From: Gammaproteobacteria bacterium
GTDB lineage: Bacteria > Pseudomonadota > Gammaproteobacteria > UBA4575
NCBI GenBank assembly: GCA_965221955.1
Contig: CBDCTA010000029.1
Location: 224,001 to 288,000, forward strand
Direction of reading: 5' to 3'
DNA length: 64,000 bases
The notes under the pieces are model-generated. The model was not told the origin of the DNA. It did not search any database and saw only the letters and a program-made list of their open reading frames with translations. Shown here one piece after another: positions 44,142 to 54,317 of this stretch. Position 1 is the stretch's first letter, and each line of letters opens with the position of its first letter. The position numbers were made by a program, and so were the translations under genes.

Positions 44142-44251
44142 AGCAATTCAATACGATCAGACAAGTACATGAGAGTCCCGCACATTCTCGGATTAGGGGT
44201 ATCCGAGTAATCTTCTCCCACTTTCAAAACACAGTGTATAGGAGAAATAAC

Positions 44252-44704
44252 ATGAAACTAAGTAACTTAATAATTCTTTTGTTGGCTATAGTCGGCCTTA
44301 CAGGTACTGTCCATGCAGCAAGTGATCAGAACAGTGTCCCTGCCGTTCAGGGCTATGATGTCGTGTCTTATCAAACGGCTAAAAAACCTATTCGTGGTAA
44401 TGGGCATTTTACAGCTGTTCACGAGGGGGCTACGTATCTTTTTTCAAGCAAAGAAAATTTGAATACGTTTAAAGCAAATCCTAATCGTTATGCACCTGCT
44501 TATGGCGGTTACTGCGCATATGGTGTTTCTGTAGGTAAAAAATTTGTTGGTGACCCAGAAGTATGGAGAGTGGTAGACAACAGATTATATTTAAATCTCG
44601 ATGCAAACATTCAGGATGAATGGTTCAAAGATGTGCCTGGTCGCATTAAGGCAGCAGATGAAAAATGGGAAGAAATTAAAGATAAAGACCCTGCCTCTCT
44701 TTAA
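44252..44704 (+). CDS. Exported YHS-domain protein
   Basis: SD AGGAG; signal peptide; GYDVVSY, YLFSSKEN, YAPAYGGYCAYG, LYLN. Confidence 0.9.
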   Translation: MKLSNLIILLLAIVGLTGTVHAASDQNSVPAVQGYDVVSYQTAKKPIRGNGHFTAVHEGATYLFSSKENLNTFKANPNRYAPAYGGYCAYGVSVGKKFVGDPEVWRVVDNRLYLNLDANIQDEWFKDVPGRIKAADEKWEEIKDKDPASL

Positions 44705-44717
44705 TGCGTATTAATGA

Positions 44718-44748
44718 ATAACGAGTGGCAATAATAGCCACTCGTTAT
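44718..44748. terminator. Hairpin between convergent genes (probable terminator)
   Basis: ATAACGAGTGGC-aataata-GCCACTCGTTAT. Confidence 0.75.
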
Positions 44749-44834
44749 AGTAATTTAATAATAAGTGCAATGGCCGAATTAAAAATGGTCTATTCTCAAT
44801 GTTTTTCTAATTGAAAAAGAATATTTATATAAAG

Positions 44835-45545
44835 TTAACTCTTCCCATAAACTGGTACGGCAGCACCCGTTACACCTTTCGCTTGTTCTGAACACAAGTG
44901 CAAAATTTCATTGGCTAAATCCGTGGTAGGTACCCACGTGCTGTAATCGGCATCGGGCATGTCGCTGCGATTTTGTGGGGTGTCAATGGTGCCTGGGAGA
45001 ATACAATTTACATTAATGTTATTCATTTTATGCTCAGCAGCTAAACTTTGGGTGAGCGTAATCACTGCCGCTTTTGAAACACAATACGGTGCCATTTTCG
45101 CTTTGCCTTCCACAGCTGCGCGTGCGGCAACGTTAACAATTTTGCCTTTTCGTTTTTCCAGCATATGCGGAATAACAGCACGGCACATGAGAAATACGCT
45201 TCTAGCATTTAAATTCAGCATGAAGTCCCAATCGGTTACTGGAGTTTCGTGAACTTTCGGGCCCATTTTGAAACCACCCGCAACATTGGCAAGGCAATCT
45301 ATTTGCCCAAAGCGTTCAACGATTGCTGAAACAGAATCGTTTACTGAGTTTACGTCCGTTAAGTCAGTCTCAAATAAGCCTACATTCTTGGCATGCTTCC
45401 AACGTGGGTGGGTAAGCTTAGTAAAGTCGACGTCTACAAGCGCAATATTGGAACCCGCACGAAAGAAAAGTTCTGCTGTTGTGGAACCAAGTGCGCCGGC
45501 TGCTCCTGTAACAACTACGACCTTATTATTGAAGTTGTAATTCAT
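44835..45545 (-). CDS. Short-chain dehydrogenase/reductase
   Basis: TGAAGALG, NVAGGF, YCVSK, PGTIDTP. Confidence 0.93.
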   Translation of the reverse strand: MNYNFNNKVVVVTGAAGALGSTTAELFFRAGSNIALVDVDFTKLTHPRWKHAKNVGLFETDLTDVNSVNDSVSAIVERFGQIDCLANVAGGFKMGPKVHETPVTDWDFMLNLNARSVFLMCRAVIPHMLEKRKGKIVNVAARAAVEGKAKMAPYCVSKAAVITLTQSLAAEHKMNNINVNCILPGTIDTPQNRSDMPDADYSTWVPTTDLANEILHLCSEQAKGVTGAAVPVYGKS

Positions 45546-45569
45546 TTGAATTCCTCCAAAGAGACACCT

Positions 45570-45620
45570 GGTCGCTCTCGATATCCTATCTTCCGCGACA
45601 CTTGTACATCCATGTACATC
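45570..45620 (-). repeat. GGA-hairpin mini-element, type A (51 nt), in the SDR leader
   Basis: Minus strand GATGTACATGGATGTACAAGTGTCGCGGAAGATAGGATATCGAGAGCGACC, near-identical to 59166-59215. Confidence 0.85.
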
Positions 45621-45756
45621 GCTGCACCAGTAATAACGACAACTTGGTTCTCAAAGTGGAATCTACTCATAATATAACTACCTCTGATAAGCATTCTATC
45701 AAAGGATGTAAAATTACTAAGATAAAGTTGACTATTGTTTAGTCAATTAAGAATTT

Positions 45757-47107
45757 TTATTTTGATAGGGTATTTGGAAAGTATCCGCTCCATGCAAACC
45801 AGTACGCTACGTGGCCAGGAAGACGAGAGAGTTTTTTATTATCCGGGCCAATGAGTTCATTTTCAGTTAGTTTCCACTCTTGATCGTTCGCTGTTAATTG
45901 TCCATTTTCTAAAAGTTTAAATTGCATGCCTTCAGAACGGTATGCGCGTACGGTTTCACTTTTCTTATCTCCGATTAACACAACAGAGACGATGCCTATT
46001 TTGTCATTGATAACCGTGGGTTTTTTGAAAAGCGAAAGGGGCCAGGCTTTATTGGCACCACTAATTCGTAAGCCAAATACTTTTTCTTTCTTCTTTAGCG
46101 ACTCATCGTTCACACTTGCTGGAAACATGAGTTCTTCACTAAAGAAGTATGCACCATAGGCCGCTCCTGGTGTGTAGTCTCGGTGAAAACCTGTGTCTTC
46201 AGATAATACTTTGGTATCAGGGTGTTGATTTACCCATTCTGCCCAGGTAGTTGTAACGAGTGGTAGCACTTCAAGTTCGATATCACTGGTAGCAAGTTTT
46301 CCTACTACAGGTTGACCATTGAATTGATTCCAGAGTGAATGAGTCTTTTGGTCATACATGAGTTTATTAGAGCGATATAAGAAACCTGAAGAGCCAAAAA
46401 TGATAGGTTTTTCTTCGGCATTGATTTGAGTTTTATACAATATGCCAGAACCACATAACGTGCAGTAAGTAAGTGAGACCGCTACGCCGCCTATGTTGTC
46501 ATTTAACATTTCATGCCAGTCCATAAAGCGATAAGGGTAGGCACGAGTGTCACCGTTTATTGAAATGCCAAACACCAGCTCTTTATCCGTGATGTACTTC
46601 GCTTCATTCGCAGGAATAAGTTTTGGATTAGTTAGTGCAGGGATGCCGTCTTTGCGTACACCACCCCAAGCAATTTCACCTAAACGGATGCGTCGTTCTA
46701 GGTTCGGATAGAAAAATACATCAAATTGCTTGTCGATACGATTGGTAAAGTATTTTAAGAAGAGTTCATCGTTCTCAAAAGGTTCGGTAGGGTTGTCTTG
46801 CATCCAAACCACCCAGTCAAACCAATGTTTACCGAGTTTCTTGTCCAGTAAGTTCTTTTAAGACGTGTTCAGTTTGAGAGGCGTCCTCAGGGAAGTAGCG
46901 TAAGGAGCGAATCAGTACCGGAACAATATCTGTTTTGCCGCGCTTTAGCATCCATTCGCGTGCCGCAGTGCGAATGTCTGTTGCACCAAATAAATCAATG
47001 GCGTATTCGTGAACTTTTTTTTCTTTTGCATAAACGCAAGTACTGCAACTAACGAAGAGGAGTATCAAAAAGTAAGTTAGTCGCAGCATTGCAGTACGAT
47101 TAATCAT
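45757..47107 (-). pseudogene. DUF3179 (seleno)protein-family gene split by a one-base frameshift near 46838
   Basis: Upstream ORF has the signal peptide and ends LTGQETR*; removing one A gives LTGQELGKHWFDWVVWM, in frame with the DUF3179 ORF (WGGVRKDGIPAL, YCTLCGSG, YWFAW). Confidence 0.75.
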
Positions 47108-47123
47108 TAAAGTGCTTTTTAAA

Positions 47124-47876
47124 TTAAGGTTTTGTACCATTCAGTGTCCAATCATATTTTAGATATTTTATTTTATAGTTCCCTGCGCGTAGATCTTCCG
47201 CAATGGTTTTATCGTTTATATATTGTGCGATATATTCTTCAACACTGCCTGAATGTTTAACAAAATCTCTCTCAAACCAATCAAAAATTTTTGAGATGTA
47301 TGCAATTTTTGTCGCAGGGTCAAAATAATTTCTCATCGTGTCATTGATAAAAGCATATGCTGCATCCGTAAGTTGTTTATCTAGCATATCTGCATTAAAA
47401 ACACTTGGTCTTAATTTTGGACATGAGCTGGATGCACAATTTATCGCAAAATGAATTCTTGGCTCATCTAGAGGAATAATGACTTTATGTTCTAGGTCAT
47501 TTAAGCTGATATGCTTGCCCGCTAGTTCATATTTATCATTTTTGAAAAAGCGCTGTCTACTAAAAAAATTACTGGGTGAACCGCCTTCTAATATGCCTTT
47601 TATTACTAAAGCATTGTAAGCATTAATCCAATAGGCGACTTCTTGGATTTTGTTTTCAAAAGTTGGTTCGTTCTTAAGTGATTCTATGTAGATTTGAAAG
47701 CTTGGATTGTCTTTTATCGCTTTATAGTTCACTTCCCCATTGCGCACATTTCCTTTTAGTGCATCATTAAAGGGTTTATTAAATTCGGTATTTGCCCATC
47801 CAAAGTTGGCAAATAATAATAGTGCAAAAGTGATCAACATGATCACTATAATCCCGAAGTTATAGTGCTTCTGCAT
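47124..47876 (-). CDS. DUF547 domain exported protein
   Basis: VNY, AYWINAYNA, SLNDLEH, EPRIHFAINCASSSCP, YDWTLN. Confidence 0.92.
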   Translation of the reverse strand: MQKHYNFGIIVIMLITFALLLFANFGWANTEFNKPFNDALKGNVRNGEVNYKAIKDNPSFQIYIESLKNEPTFENKIQEVAYWINAYNALVIKGILEGGSPSNFFSRQRFFKNDKYELAGKHISLNDLEHKVIIPLDEPRIHFAINCASSSCPKLRPSVFNADMLDKQLTDAAYAFINDTMRNYFDPATKIAYISKIFDWFERDFVKHSGSVEEYIAQYINDKTIAEDLRAGNYKIKYLKYDWTLNGTKP

Positions 47877-47917
47877 TTTGATACTCCCTATTTTTTTGAT
47901 TTTAGCTAAAGGTTTAT

Positions 47918-48091
47918 TTATCTAATTTCAACTGCATCCAATAATGAGTTGTAGTAATCATCACATTTACCACAATCACCGTTATAGTCGATCCATTCAG
48001 GATATTCTTTACGGATCATTTCACGAAGATATAACTCTGCTACTAAATTTAGGTGTTTGTTTAAGGTTGCTTGTTTTTCAATTGGACTCAT
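47918..48091 (-). CDS. Unannotated 57-aa protein with a CxxC motif
   Basis: MSPIEKQATLNKHLNLVAELYLREMIRKEYPEWIDYNGDCGKCDDYYNSLLDAVEIR*; SD GGAG; co-directional with the DUF547 gene. Confidence 0.7.
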   Translation of the reverse strand: MSPIEKQATLNKHLNLVAELYLREMIRKEYPEWIDYNGDCGKCDDYYNSLLDAVEIR

Positions 48092-48300
48092 GTTCTTTCT
48101 CCATGCGGTAGTGCAGTTGGTTTTATCATTTGCACAACGCGTCTAAGACCCAGCAATATTAGTATTGTCATTATGAATAGTATGCGTACTAAGCTTGCTG
48201 TAATCTTATTTATAAGTTTCATTATGCTTTAGGTCTTAAAGAACGTCCTTGTTCAAGGTGTATTCCCTTATCGTTTTAAGACTTGTCATGTGTATGCCGT

Positions 48301-48534
48301 TTATGAACGACCATCATATGACTGCTTAAGTGAGCTGTTATCAGCTTTCCTTTCTTTTTTACTGTCAACTTTCACATTAAATGTATCCGTTGGTCCTTGT
48401 GCCTTGATCTCAGTAATTTCTACTTTTGTAGGTTTGATGTTGCTTTCATCTACTGAGTCAATACTTAAGCCAGATGCCCAGCTTGTTCCAGTTACAGCCA
48501 AAAGTGCTGCGATTAAGATTGCTTTTGTTTTCAT
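48301..48534 (-). CDS. Small exported hypothetical protein
   Basis: Signal peptide MKTKAILIAALLAVTGTSWA; AAGGA SD. Confidence 0.7.
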   Translation of the reverse strand: MKTKAILIAALLAVTGTSWASGLSIDSVDESNIKPTKVEITEIKAQGPTDTFNVKVDSKKERKADNSSLKQSYDGRS

Positions 48535-48760
48535 GTCTATTTCCTTTTTTGTAAATTAGTAAATGGTTACGTACTAATAGACACGGTTTGAGAGCGTTCT
48601 ATTGCATCGAAAGGCTTTGATTTTCATGCAAAAAATCAATCGTCACGATGAATTTTTTGCATGTAAGATTTTGTGAACTGCGCCGGTCTTATGTTTTGGC
48701 ACGATATTGTATAGTTTGCAGAATACTGGTTGTTATTAACAATGAATAAAGAACGTACTC

Positions 48761-49240
48761 ATGTTGATAGGTGTTCTTACTAAATGTACTGCTAGACACA
48801 TAGTATTTTTATCTTTTTTTGTGTTTCTCTCTCCGAGCAGTGCGGATGAATTGGAATTGCATATAACTTCTTATCATTTCAATGAAGATAGTGACGATCA
48901 CTTAAATGAATTTAATATTGGCGCTGGATATAACTTCGAATATACATCTAAAATATTTGCAAGCTTCGGGGCATTTAATAATTCTTATGAAAAATTATCA
49001 ATCTATGCAGGCGTGAAGTGGATGCCACTAGAATACAAATTTATCAAAGCAGGTTTAGTAGGTGGCGTTGTTACTGGATACGACGAAGATACGGATGCCA
49101 ATGAAATTCAGCCGATTATTATTCCAGAAATTCAACTACATTATAAACAAGTTTTTATTGCTTCAAGATTTGCGCCAGATTTAGGTGACAACTCATCTTC
49201 AGCTATCACGTTTTCGATTGGGTATAAATTTCAAAATTAA
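48761..49240 (+). CDS. Small outer-membrane beta-barrel protein (PagP-like fold, uncertain)
   Basis: Signal peptide; SYHF, NEFNIGAG, FNNSY; alternating beta-strand pattern ending IGYKF. Confidence 0.65.
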   Translation: MLIGVLTKCTARHIVFLSFFVFLSPSSADELELHITSYHFNEDSDDHLNEFNIGAGYNFEYTSKIFASFGAFNNSYEKLSIYAGVKWMPLEYKFIKAGLVGGVVTGYDEDTDANEIQPIIIPEIQLHYKQVFIASRFAPDLGDNSSSAITFSIGYKFQN

Positions 49241-49272
49241 AGTTAGTATTCGTAGATACTACTCTAATGTTG

Positions 49273-49397
49273 ATATTTTCGGGATACACCACTTCCCTGG
49301 CAGAAAAGTGCTCGTGCGTTTTAAGGTTATTAATTTAAGTTGAGAAAAATACCGCTCCGACATCCTGTCTCTCGCGGTATACACTACATCCCTGTAG
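49273..49397 (-). repeat. GGA-hairpin element cluster downstream of the nrdB terminator
   Basis: 49-nt element 49349-49397 (CTACAGGGATGTAG-TGT-ATACCGCGAGAGACAGGATGTCGGAGCGGTAT); 49273-49289 identical to 59219-59235; 49296-49313 matches 59416-59433 at 17/18. Confidence 0.8.
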
Positions 49398-49399
49398 AT

Positions 49400-49428
49400 A
49401 AAAAAAAGGGAGCAGAGGTTGCTCCCTT
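49400..49428 (-). terminator. Rho-independent terminator of nrdAB
   Basis: Minus strand AAGGGAGCA-loop-TGCTCCCTTTTTTTT. Confidence 0.88.
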
Positions 49429-49494
49429 AATATAACCACCATAAGTGGTGGCCCCATAACGCCGGTTTCTAAAACATGTTTATCTAGGCTTGAT

Positions 49495-50832
49495 CTACCA
49501 AGTTAAGGCGCCGCCTGTTTGATATTCGGTAACACGTGTTTCAAAGAAGTTCTTTTCTTTCTTGAGGTCTAAAATTTCAGACATCCAAGGGAAAGGGTTG
49601 TTAACGCTTTCATATTGTTGTGGTAAACCAATTTGTGAGAAGCGCCGGTTGGCAATGAACTTGAGATATTCTTCAAACATTGGCGCGTTTAAGCCAAGAA
49701 TGCCGCGTGGCATAGTGTCGTAGGCATATTGCGTTTCAAGATCTACACCACTCTTAATAAGTTCGATCATTTCTTGTTGAAATGCTTCGGTCCATAAGTG
49801 TGGGTTTTCAAGTTTGATTTGATTGATGACATCAATACCAAAGTTCATGTGCATGGATTCATCACGCAGAATGTATTGAAACTGTTCTGCAACACCAGTC
49901 ATTTTGTTACGACGGCCCATGGAAAGAATTTGCACAAAGCCTACATAGAAGAAGATGCCTTCAAACACGACATAGAATGCAATCAGGTCCCGAAGTAAAC
50001 GCTGATCGTCTTCTAATGTGCCGGTGTGGAAGTCTGGATCTCCTAAACTGTTGGTATAAGGTAATGCCCACTCGGCTTTTTTAGCTACTGAAGGTACTTC
50101 ACGGTACATATTGAATACCTCACCTTCATCTAAACCCAAAGATTGAATGCAATATTGATAGGCATGCGTATGTACAGCTTCTTCGAAAGCTTGGCGCAAT
50201 AAATACTGCCTGCATTCTGGGTTCGTAATGTGTTTGTAAACAGCTAACACTAAGTTATTTGCAACCAATGAGTCTGCAGTAGAAAAGAAACCTAGGTTGC
50301 GTTTAATTACTGTGCGTTCATCTTCGGTTAAACCTTCTGGGTTTTTCCACAGTGCAATATCTGCATTCATATTGATTTCTTGTGGCATCCAGTGGTTGGC
50401 GCAACCGTCTAAATATTTTTGCCAGGCCCATTCATATTTAAAAGGTACGAGTTGATTTAAGTCTGCACGGCAGTTGATGATTTTTTTATCATCTACTTGA
50501 ATGCGGCTTGCACCCATTTCGATGCTTTCTAAACCAGTCGCACCTTCGTGTCTTTTTTCGGTCTCCGTTTTAGCTTGAATCTGTTCTTGCGCTTGTTCTG
50601 CTTCAACTTCAGCTCTTAGCTTGTTGAGTGCTTCAGTTGCTTCAACGATTGCGGTGCTGCTAGGGTTTGCAACCACTTCATCGAAGCTGCGAGATTTTTG
50701 CGCATGTGTTTCTATATGTGCGGGCGCGGCACTTTCAGTATCTGGCCACTTCTGTTTCAGTAAATACATGCCGGTGCTGGCGGCACTGGTCATAGTGCGC
50801 GCATCGGCAATCGGATCTTCCCAGCTTTGCAT
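49495..50832 (-). CDS. nrdB: Ribonucleotide reductase class Ia beta subunit
   Basis: [16 protein letters not shown] (radical Tyr), [26 protein letters not shown]. Confidence 0.96.
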   Translation of the reverse strand: MQSWEDPIADARTMTSAASTGMYLLKQKWPDTESAAPAHIETHAQKSRSFDEVVANPSSTAIVEATEALNKLRAEVEAEQAQEQIQAKTETEKRHEGATGLESIEMGASRIQVDDKKIINCRADLNQLVPFKYEWAWQKYLDGCANHWMPQEINMNADIALWKNPEGLTEDERTVIKRNLGFFSTADSLVANNLVLAVYKHITNPECRQYLLRQAFEEAVHTHAYQYCIQSLGLDEGEVFNMYREVPSVAKKAEWALPYTNSLGDPDFHTGTLEDDQRLLRDLIAFYVVFEGIFFYVGFVQILSMGRRNKMTGVAEQFQYILRDESMHMNFGIDVINQIKLENPHLWTEAFQQEMIELIKSGVDLETQYAYDTMPRGILGLNAPMFEEYLKFIANRRFSQIGLPQQYESVNNPFPWMSEILDLKKEKNFFETRVTEYQTGGALTW

Positions 50833-50864
50833 AATCCCTTTCTCCTCTTAATCTTTAGTGCCTG

Positions 50865-53744
50865 TTATTGGCAGGCTTCACAATCTGGATCCAAAATCGA
50901 ACAAGCTTTTGGTGCTTCATTGCCGTTACTTACGGCATTGAGTTTGCTTTCTCGACCTTGAACAGTACTTTTTTCTACATGTGTGGCACCCATGGAGCGT
51001 AAGTAGTAAGTGGTTTTTAAACCACGTACCCAAGCAAGCTTGTATAAGTTATCAAGCTTTTGTCCTGAAGGTTCTGACATGTATAAATTCAACGATTGCG
51101 CTTGATCGATCCATTTTTGTCGGCGTGAAGCGGCTTCAACTAACCAACGTGGATCTACTTCAAACGCAGTGGCATATAAACTTTTTAATTCTTCTGGAAT
51201 ACGGTCAATAGATTGCACACTACCGTCATAATATTTGAGGTCATTGGCCATGACTTCATCCCAGAGATTACGTTTCTTTAAATCAGCAATTAAATGTGGA
51301 TTGCTTACAGTGAACTCACCAGATAAATTCGATTTAACAAATAAGTTTTGGTAAGTAGGTTCAATGCTTTGTGTCACACCACAAATATTAGAAATGGTTG
51401 CGGTAGGTGCAATGGCCATCGTGTTGGAGTTGCGCATGCCCACAGTTTGTACGCGCTGGCGTAGGCTGTCCCAATCCATGGTCATGCTGCGGTCTTGTTT
51501 TAAATAATCACCACGACCTTTTTCAAGTAGCTCGATTGAATCGATAGGTAAAATACCTTGATCCCACAATGAACCTTTATAGGTTGCGTAGGTACCACGT
51601 TCTTCCGCTAAATCGGTTGAAGCTTGAATGGCAAAATAACTTACTGCTTCCATTGAACGATCGGCAAACTCGACCGCTTCTTGACTGCTATAAGTGATGT
51701 TTTGTTTATACAACGCATCTTGGAAACCCATCATGCCTAAGCCAACAGGACGATGACGTAAGTTAGAACGCTTGGCTTTGTCCACGCTGTAGTAATTGTA
51801 TTCAATCACATTGTCTAACATGCGCATGGCAGTAGAAATGGTTTGCTTGAGTTTTTGCAGATTCAAACCATTTTCATCAAGATGTGCAGCAAGGTTTACC
51901 GAACCTAAGTTACACACTGCAATTTCATCTTTAGTCGTGTTTAAAGTGATCTCGGTACACAAGTTTGAAGAATGCACCACGCCTGCGTGTTGTTGTGGTG
52001 AACGCAAGTTGCATGGATCTTTAAATGTGATCCAAGGGTGACCGGTTTCGTACAACATGCCGAGCATCTTGCGCCATAGGTCTACTGCTTGAATTTTTTT
52101 GAAGTTTTTAATTTCGCCATTATCTGCCATTTGTTCATAGGCTTGATAACGTGCTTCAAATTCTTTACCACTTAGTTCATGTAAGTCAGGGGTTTCGTGT
52201 GGTGAGAACAAGGTCCATTCTTTTTCTTCAATGACACGCTTCATGAATAAATCTGGTACCCAGTTTGCGGTGTTCATATCATGTGTGCGTCGACGATCAT
52301 CACCAGTGTTTTTGCGCAGGTCTAAAAACTCCTCAGTATCTAAGTGCCAAGTTTCTAGGTAAGCGCACATTGCGCCTTTGCGTTTGCCGCCTTGGTTCAC
52401 GGCAACTGCGGTGTCGTTAGCAACTTTAAGAAATGGTACGACACCTTGTGATTTACCATTGGTGCCTTTGATGTGTGCGCCCATAGAGCGAACAGGTGTC
52501 CAATCATTGCCGAGACCACCTGCAAACTTAGATAACATGGCGTCATCTTGAATAGCTTCAAAGATGCCATGTAAATCATCGGGCACAGTGGTTAAGTAAC
52601 ATGAAGACAGTTGTGGGCGTAAGGTGCCAGAATTAAACAAAGTGGGTGTCGAACTCATAAAATCAAACGAGGACAACAACTGATAAAACTCAATCGCACG
52701 TGCTTCGCGTTCTACTTCATTTAAAGCTAGTCCCATCGCTACACGCATGAAAAAGGCTTGTGGTAATTCAAACGGTGTACCTTCACTTTGAATAAAGTAA
52801 CGGTCATACAGAGTTTGCATGCCAAGATAAGTGAATTGGTGGTCGCGTTTAGGTTGTAATGCTTTACCTAATTTCTTTAGGTCATATTCACTGGCAAGTT
52901 TTGGGTCTAATAACTCTAGTGAAATCGCTTTGTGAATATAATTCTCAAAGTAATCCGCGTACTGATAGGCCATCTCTTTGAAAGTGGCTTCTGATGGCAC
53001 GCCGTATACAAAGGTAAGCGCTTGACGACGCAGTGTGTCGAGCAATAAACGCGCAGTTACATAGGTGTAATTCGGTTCTTGCTCGATCAATGTGCGCGCA
53101 CTCATCATTACCGCGGTACCGACTTCGTTTTCTGGGATGCCGTCGTATAAATTGCGCAGTGTTTCTTCGATGATGGGCTTAGCTTGAACATCTGCAGTAT
53201 CTACACACGCTTCTTCGATCATGCGTGCAAGACGTTCAACGTCGAGAGGTTTTAAACGACCCTCTTCATCTTTTACATTTAGGCTAGGCGTGTCACCTTC
53301 TTGTTGGTTCGCTTGTGCGGCTTGTTCAAGTTGTTCGCGCTCTTTATGGCGTTCTTCTCTATATAGAACATAGGCGCGTGCGATTTTATGGTGCTCACTG
53401 CGCATCAGTGCCAGTTCTACCTGATCTTGAATGTCTTCAATATGGAAGGTACCCCCTTGTGGACGACTGCGTGACAGCGCATAGAAGACCTTGTCGGTGA
53501 TTTCATCCACCATCTCGTGAATGCGGGAAGAAGCTGCGGCATGACCTCCTTCTACAGCTAGGAATGCCTTAGTAACCGCTACTTTAATTTTGTCACGGTC
53601 GAAACTGGTGACTTTGCCATTTCGACGGATTACACGGTATTGGCCGGGTGCTGTAGCTGCAATTTCTAGCTTTGTGGGTGCATTATTCTCATGTGTAGGA
53701 TTAGGGGCTTTTTCGTTGGCAATAGTAGTAAGTTCTGGCTGCAT
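50865..53744 (-). CDS. nrdA: Ribonucleotide reductase class Ia alpha subunit with tandem ATP-cones
   Basis: VIRRNGK ATP-cone, STPTLFNSG, QLSSCYL, SNLCTEI, IAPTATIS, TTYYLR, C-terminal CEACQ. Confidence 0.97.
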   Translation of the reverse strand: MQPELTTIANEKAPNPTHENNAPTKLEIAATAPGQYRVIRRNGKVTSFDRDKIKVAVTKAFLAVEGGHAAASSRIHEMVDEITDKVFYALSRSRPQGGTFHIEDIQDQVELALMRSEHHKIARAYVLYREERHKEREQLEQAAQANQQEGDTPSLNVKDEEGRLKPLDVERLARMIEEACVDTADVQAKPIIEETLRNLYDGIPENEVGTAVMMSARTLIEQEPNYTYVTARLLLDTLRRQALTFVYGVPSEATFKEMAYQYADYFENYIHKAISLELLDPKLASEYDLKKLGKALQPKRDHQFTYLGMQTLYDRYFIQSEGTPFELPQAFFMRVAMGLALNEVEREARAIEFYQLLSSFDFMSSTPTLFNSGTLRPQLSSCYLTTVPDDLHGIFEAIQDDAMLSKFAGGLGNDWTPVRSMGAHIKGTNGKSQGVVPFLKVANDTAVAVNQGGKRKGAMCAYLETWHLDTEEFLDLRKNTGDDRRRTHDMNTANWVPDLFMKRVIEEKEWTLFSPHETPDLHELSGKEFEARYQAYEQMADNGEIKNFKKIQAVDLWRKMLGMLYETGHPWITFKDPCNLRSPQQHAGVVHSSNLCTEITLNTTKDEIAVCNLGSVNLAAHLDENGLNLQKLKQTISTAMRMLDNVIEYNYYSVDKAKRSNLRHRPVGLGMMGFQDALYKQNITYSSQEAVEFADRSMEAVSYFAIQASTDLAEERGTYATYKGSLWDQGILPIDSIELLEKGRGDYLKQDRSMTMDWDSLRQRVQTVGMRNSNTMAIAPTATISNICGVTQSIEPTYQNLFVKSNLSGEFTVSNPHLIADLKKRNLWDEVMANDLKYYDGSVQSIDRIPEELKSLYATAFEVDPRWLVEAASRRQKWIDQAQSLNLYMSEPSGQKLDNLYKLAWVRGLKTTYYLRSMGATHVEKSTVQGRESKLNAVSNGNEAPKACSILDPDCEACQ

Positions 53745-53860
53745 GTGCTCTCTCAGCTAAATATTATAAGTTGTTGTTTTTAAATCCCTTTTTCACGCAC
53801 TCCTTGAGGTATTGTTATTAGCTTCAGGTTGTACTGAAGTGGACTGCTGTGAACGGGAAT

Positions 53861-53907
53861 TACTATAAATTGGGGTGCGAAATCCGTCAAGCACAATATC
53901 TTGTGTG
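53861..53907 (-). promoter_or_regulatory. Tandem NrdR boxes
   Basis: Minus-strand ACCCCAATTTATAGTA (53861-53876) and CACACAAGATATTGTG (53892-53907), 31 bp apart, upstream of nrdA. Confidence 0.8.
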
Positions 53908-53924
53908 TATACTGCGGGAAATCC

Positions 53925-53933
53925 TGTGGATAA
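53925..53933 (-). promoter_or_regulatory. DnaA box upstream of nrdA
   Basis: Perfect TTATCCACA on the minus strand next to the NrdR boxes; DnaA control of nrdAB is known in Gammaproteobacteria. Confidence 0.65.
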
Positions 53934-54317
53934 ACGGTTTGATATTACAAAATGGTTAAAAATATCCCAAACGTTTGTGGGGTTGGAAAAATGCAAGCTT
54001 TTTTTATGGATTCTGGCTTAAAATCTTTCGATCGATTGAATAGAAAAGTTTTATAAATTTTTTGATGAAAATTGATCGATTTCAGAAAAAATTGCCTTAA
54101 AACGACCGCTTATTTTTTTCGTGTAGATAAATTTTCTTACAGGGTTTTCTTGTGAGAAAAAATTCGTTTTTTTAGCTCCAAATTGCTTCAAATAAGATTA
54201 TTGAAGAATGTAATTACACATATGTTCGCGATTTAATCGTGGATGTAGAGATTAAGTAAAGTAATACGATGCAATTTCAAGCTGGTTCGACTAGCAAGGT
54301 ATTAAAAAGATAGATAT

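Noticed and set aside
44252-47107. Selenocysteine recoding in the YHS or DUF3179 genes
   Set aside because: The Cys motifs use ordinary Cys codons, and the DUF3179 break is a TAA after a frameshift, not an in-frame TGA.
48697-48711. TGGCACG sigma-54-like motif upstream of the beta-barrel gene
   Set aside because: The -12 element is misplaced by one base and reads GT instead of GC.
49495-53744. NrdB N-terminal extension and double ATP-cone in NrdA as novelties
   Set aside because: Both match the known Pseudomonas-type class Ia enzyme; no intein or intron is seen.
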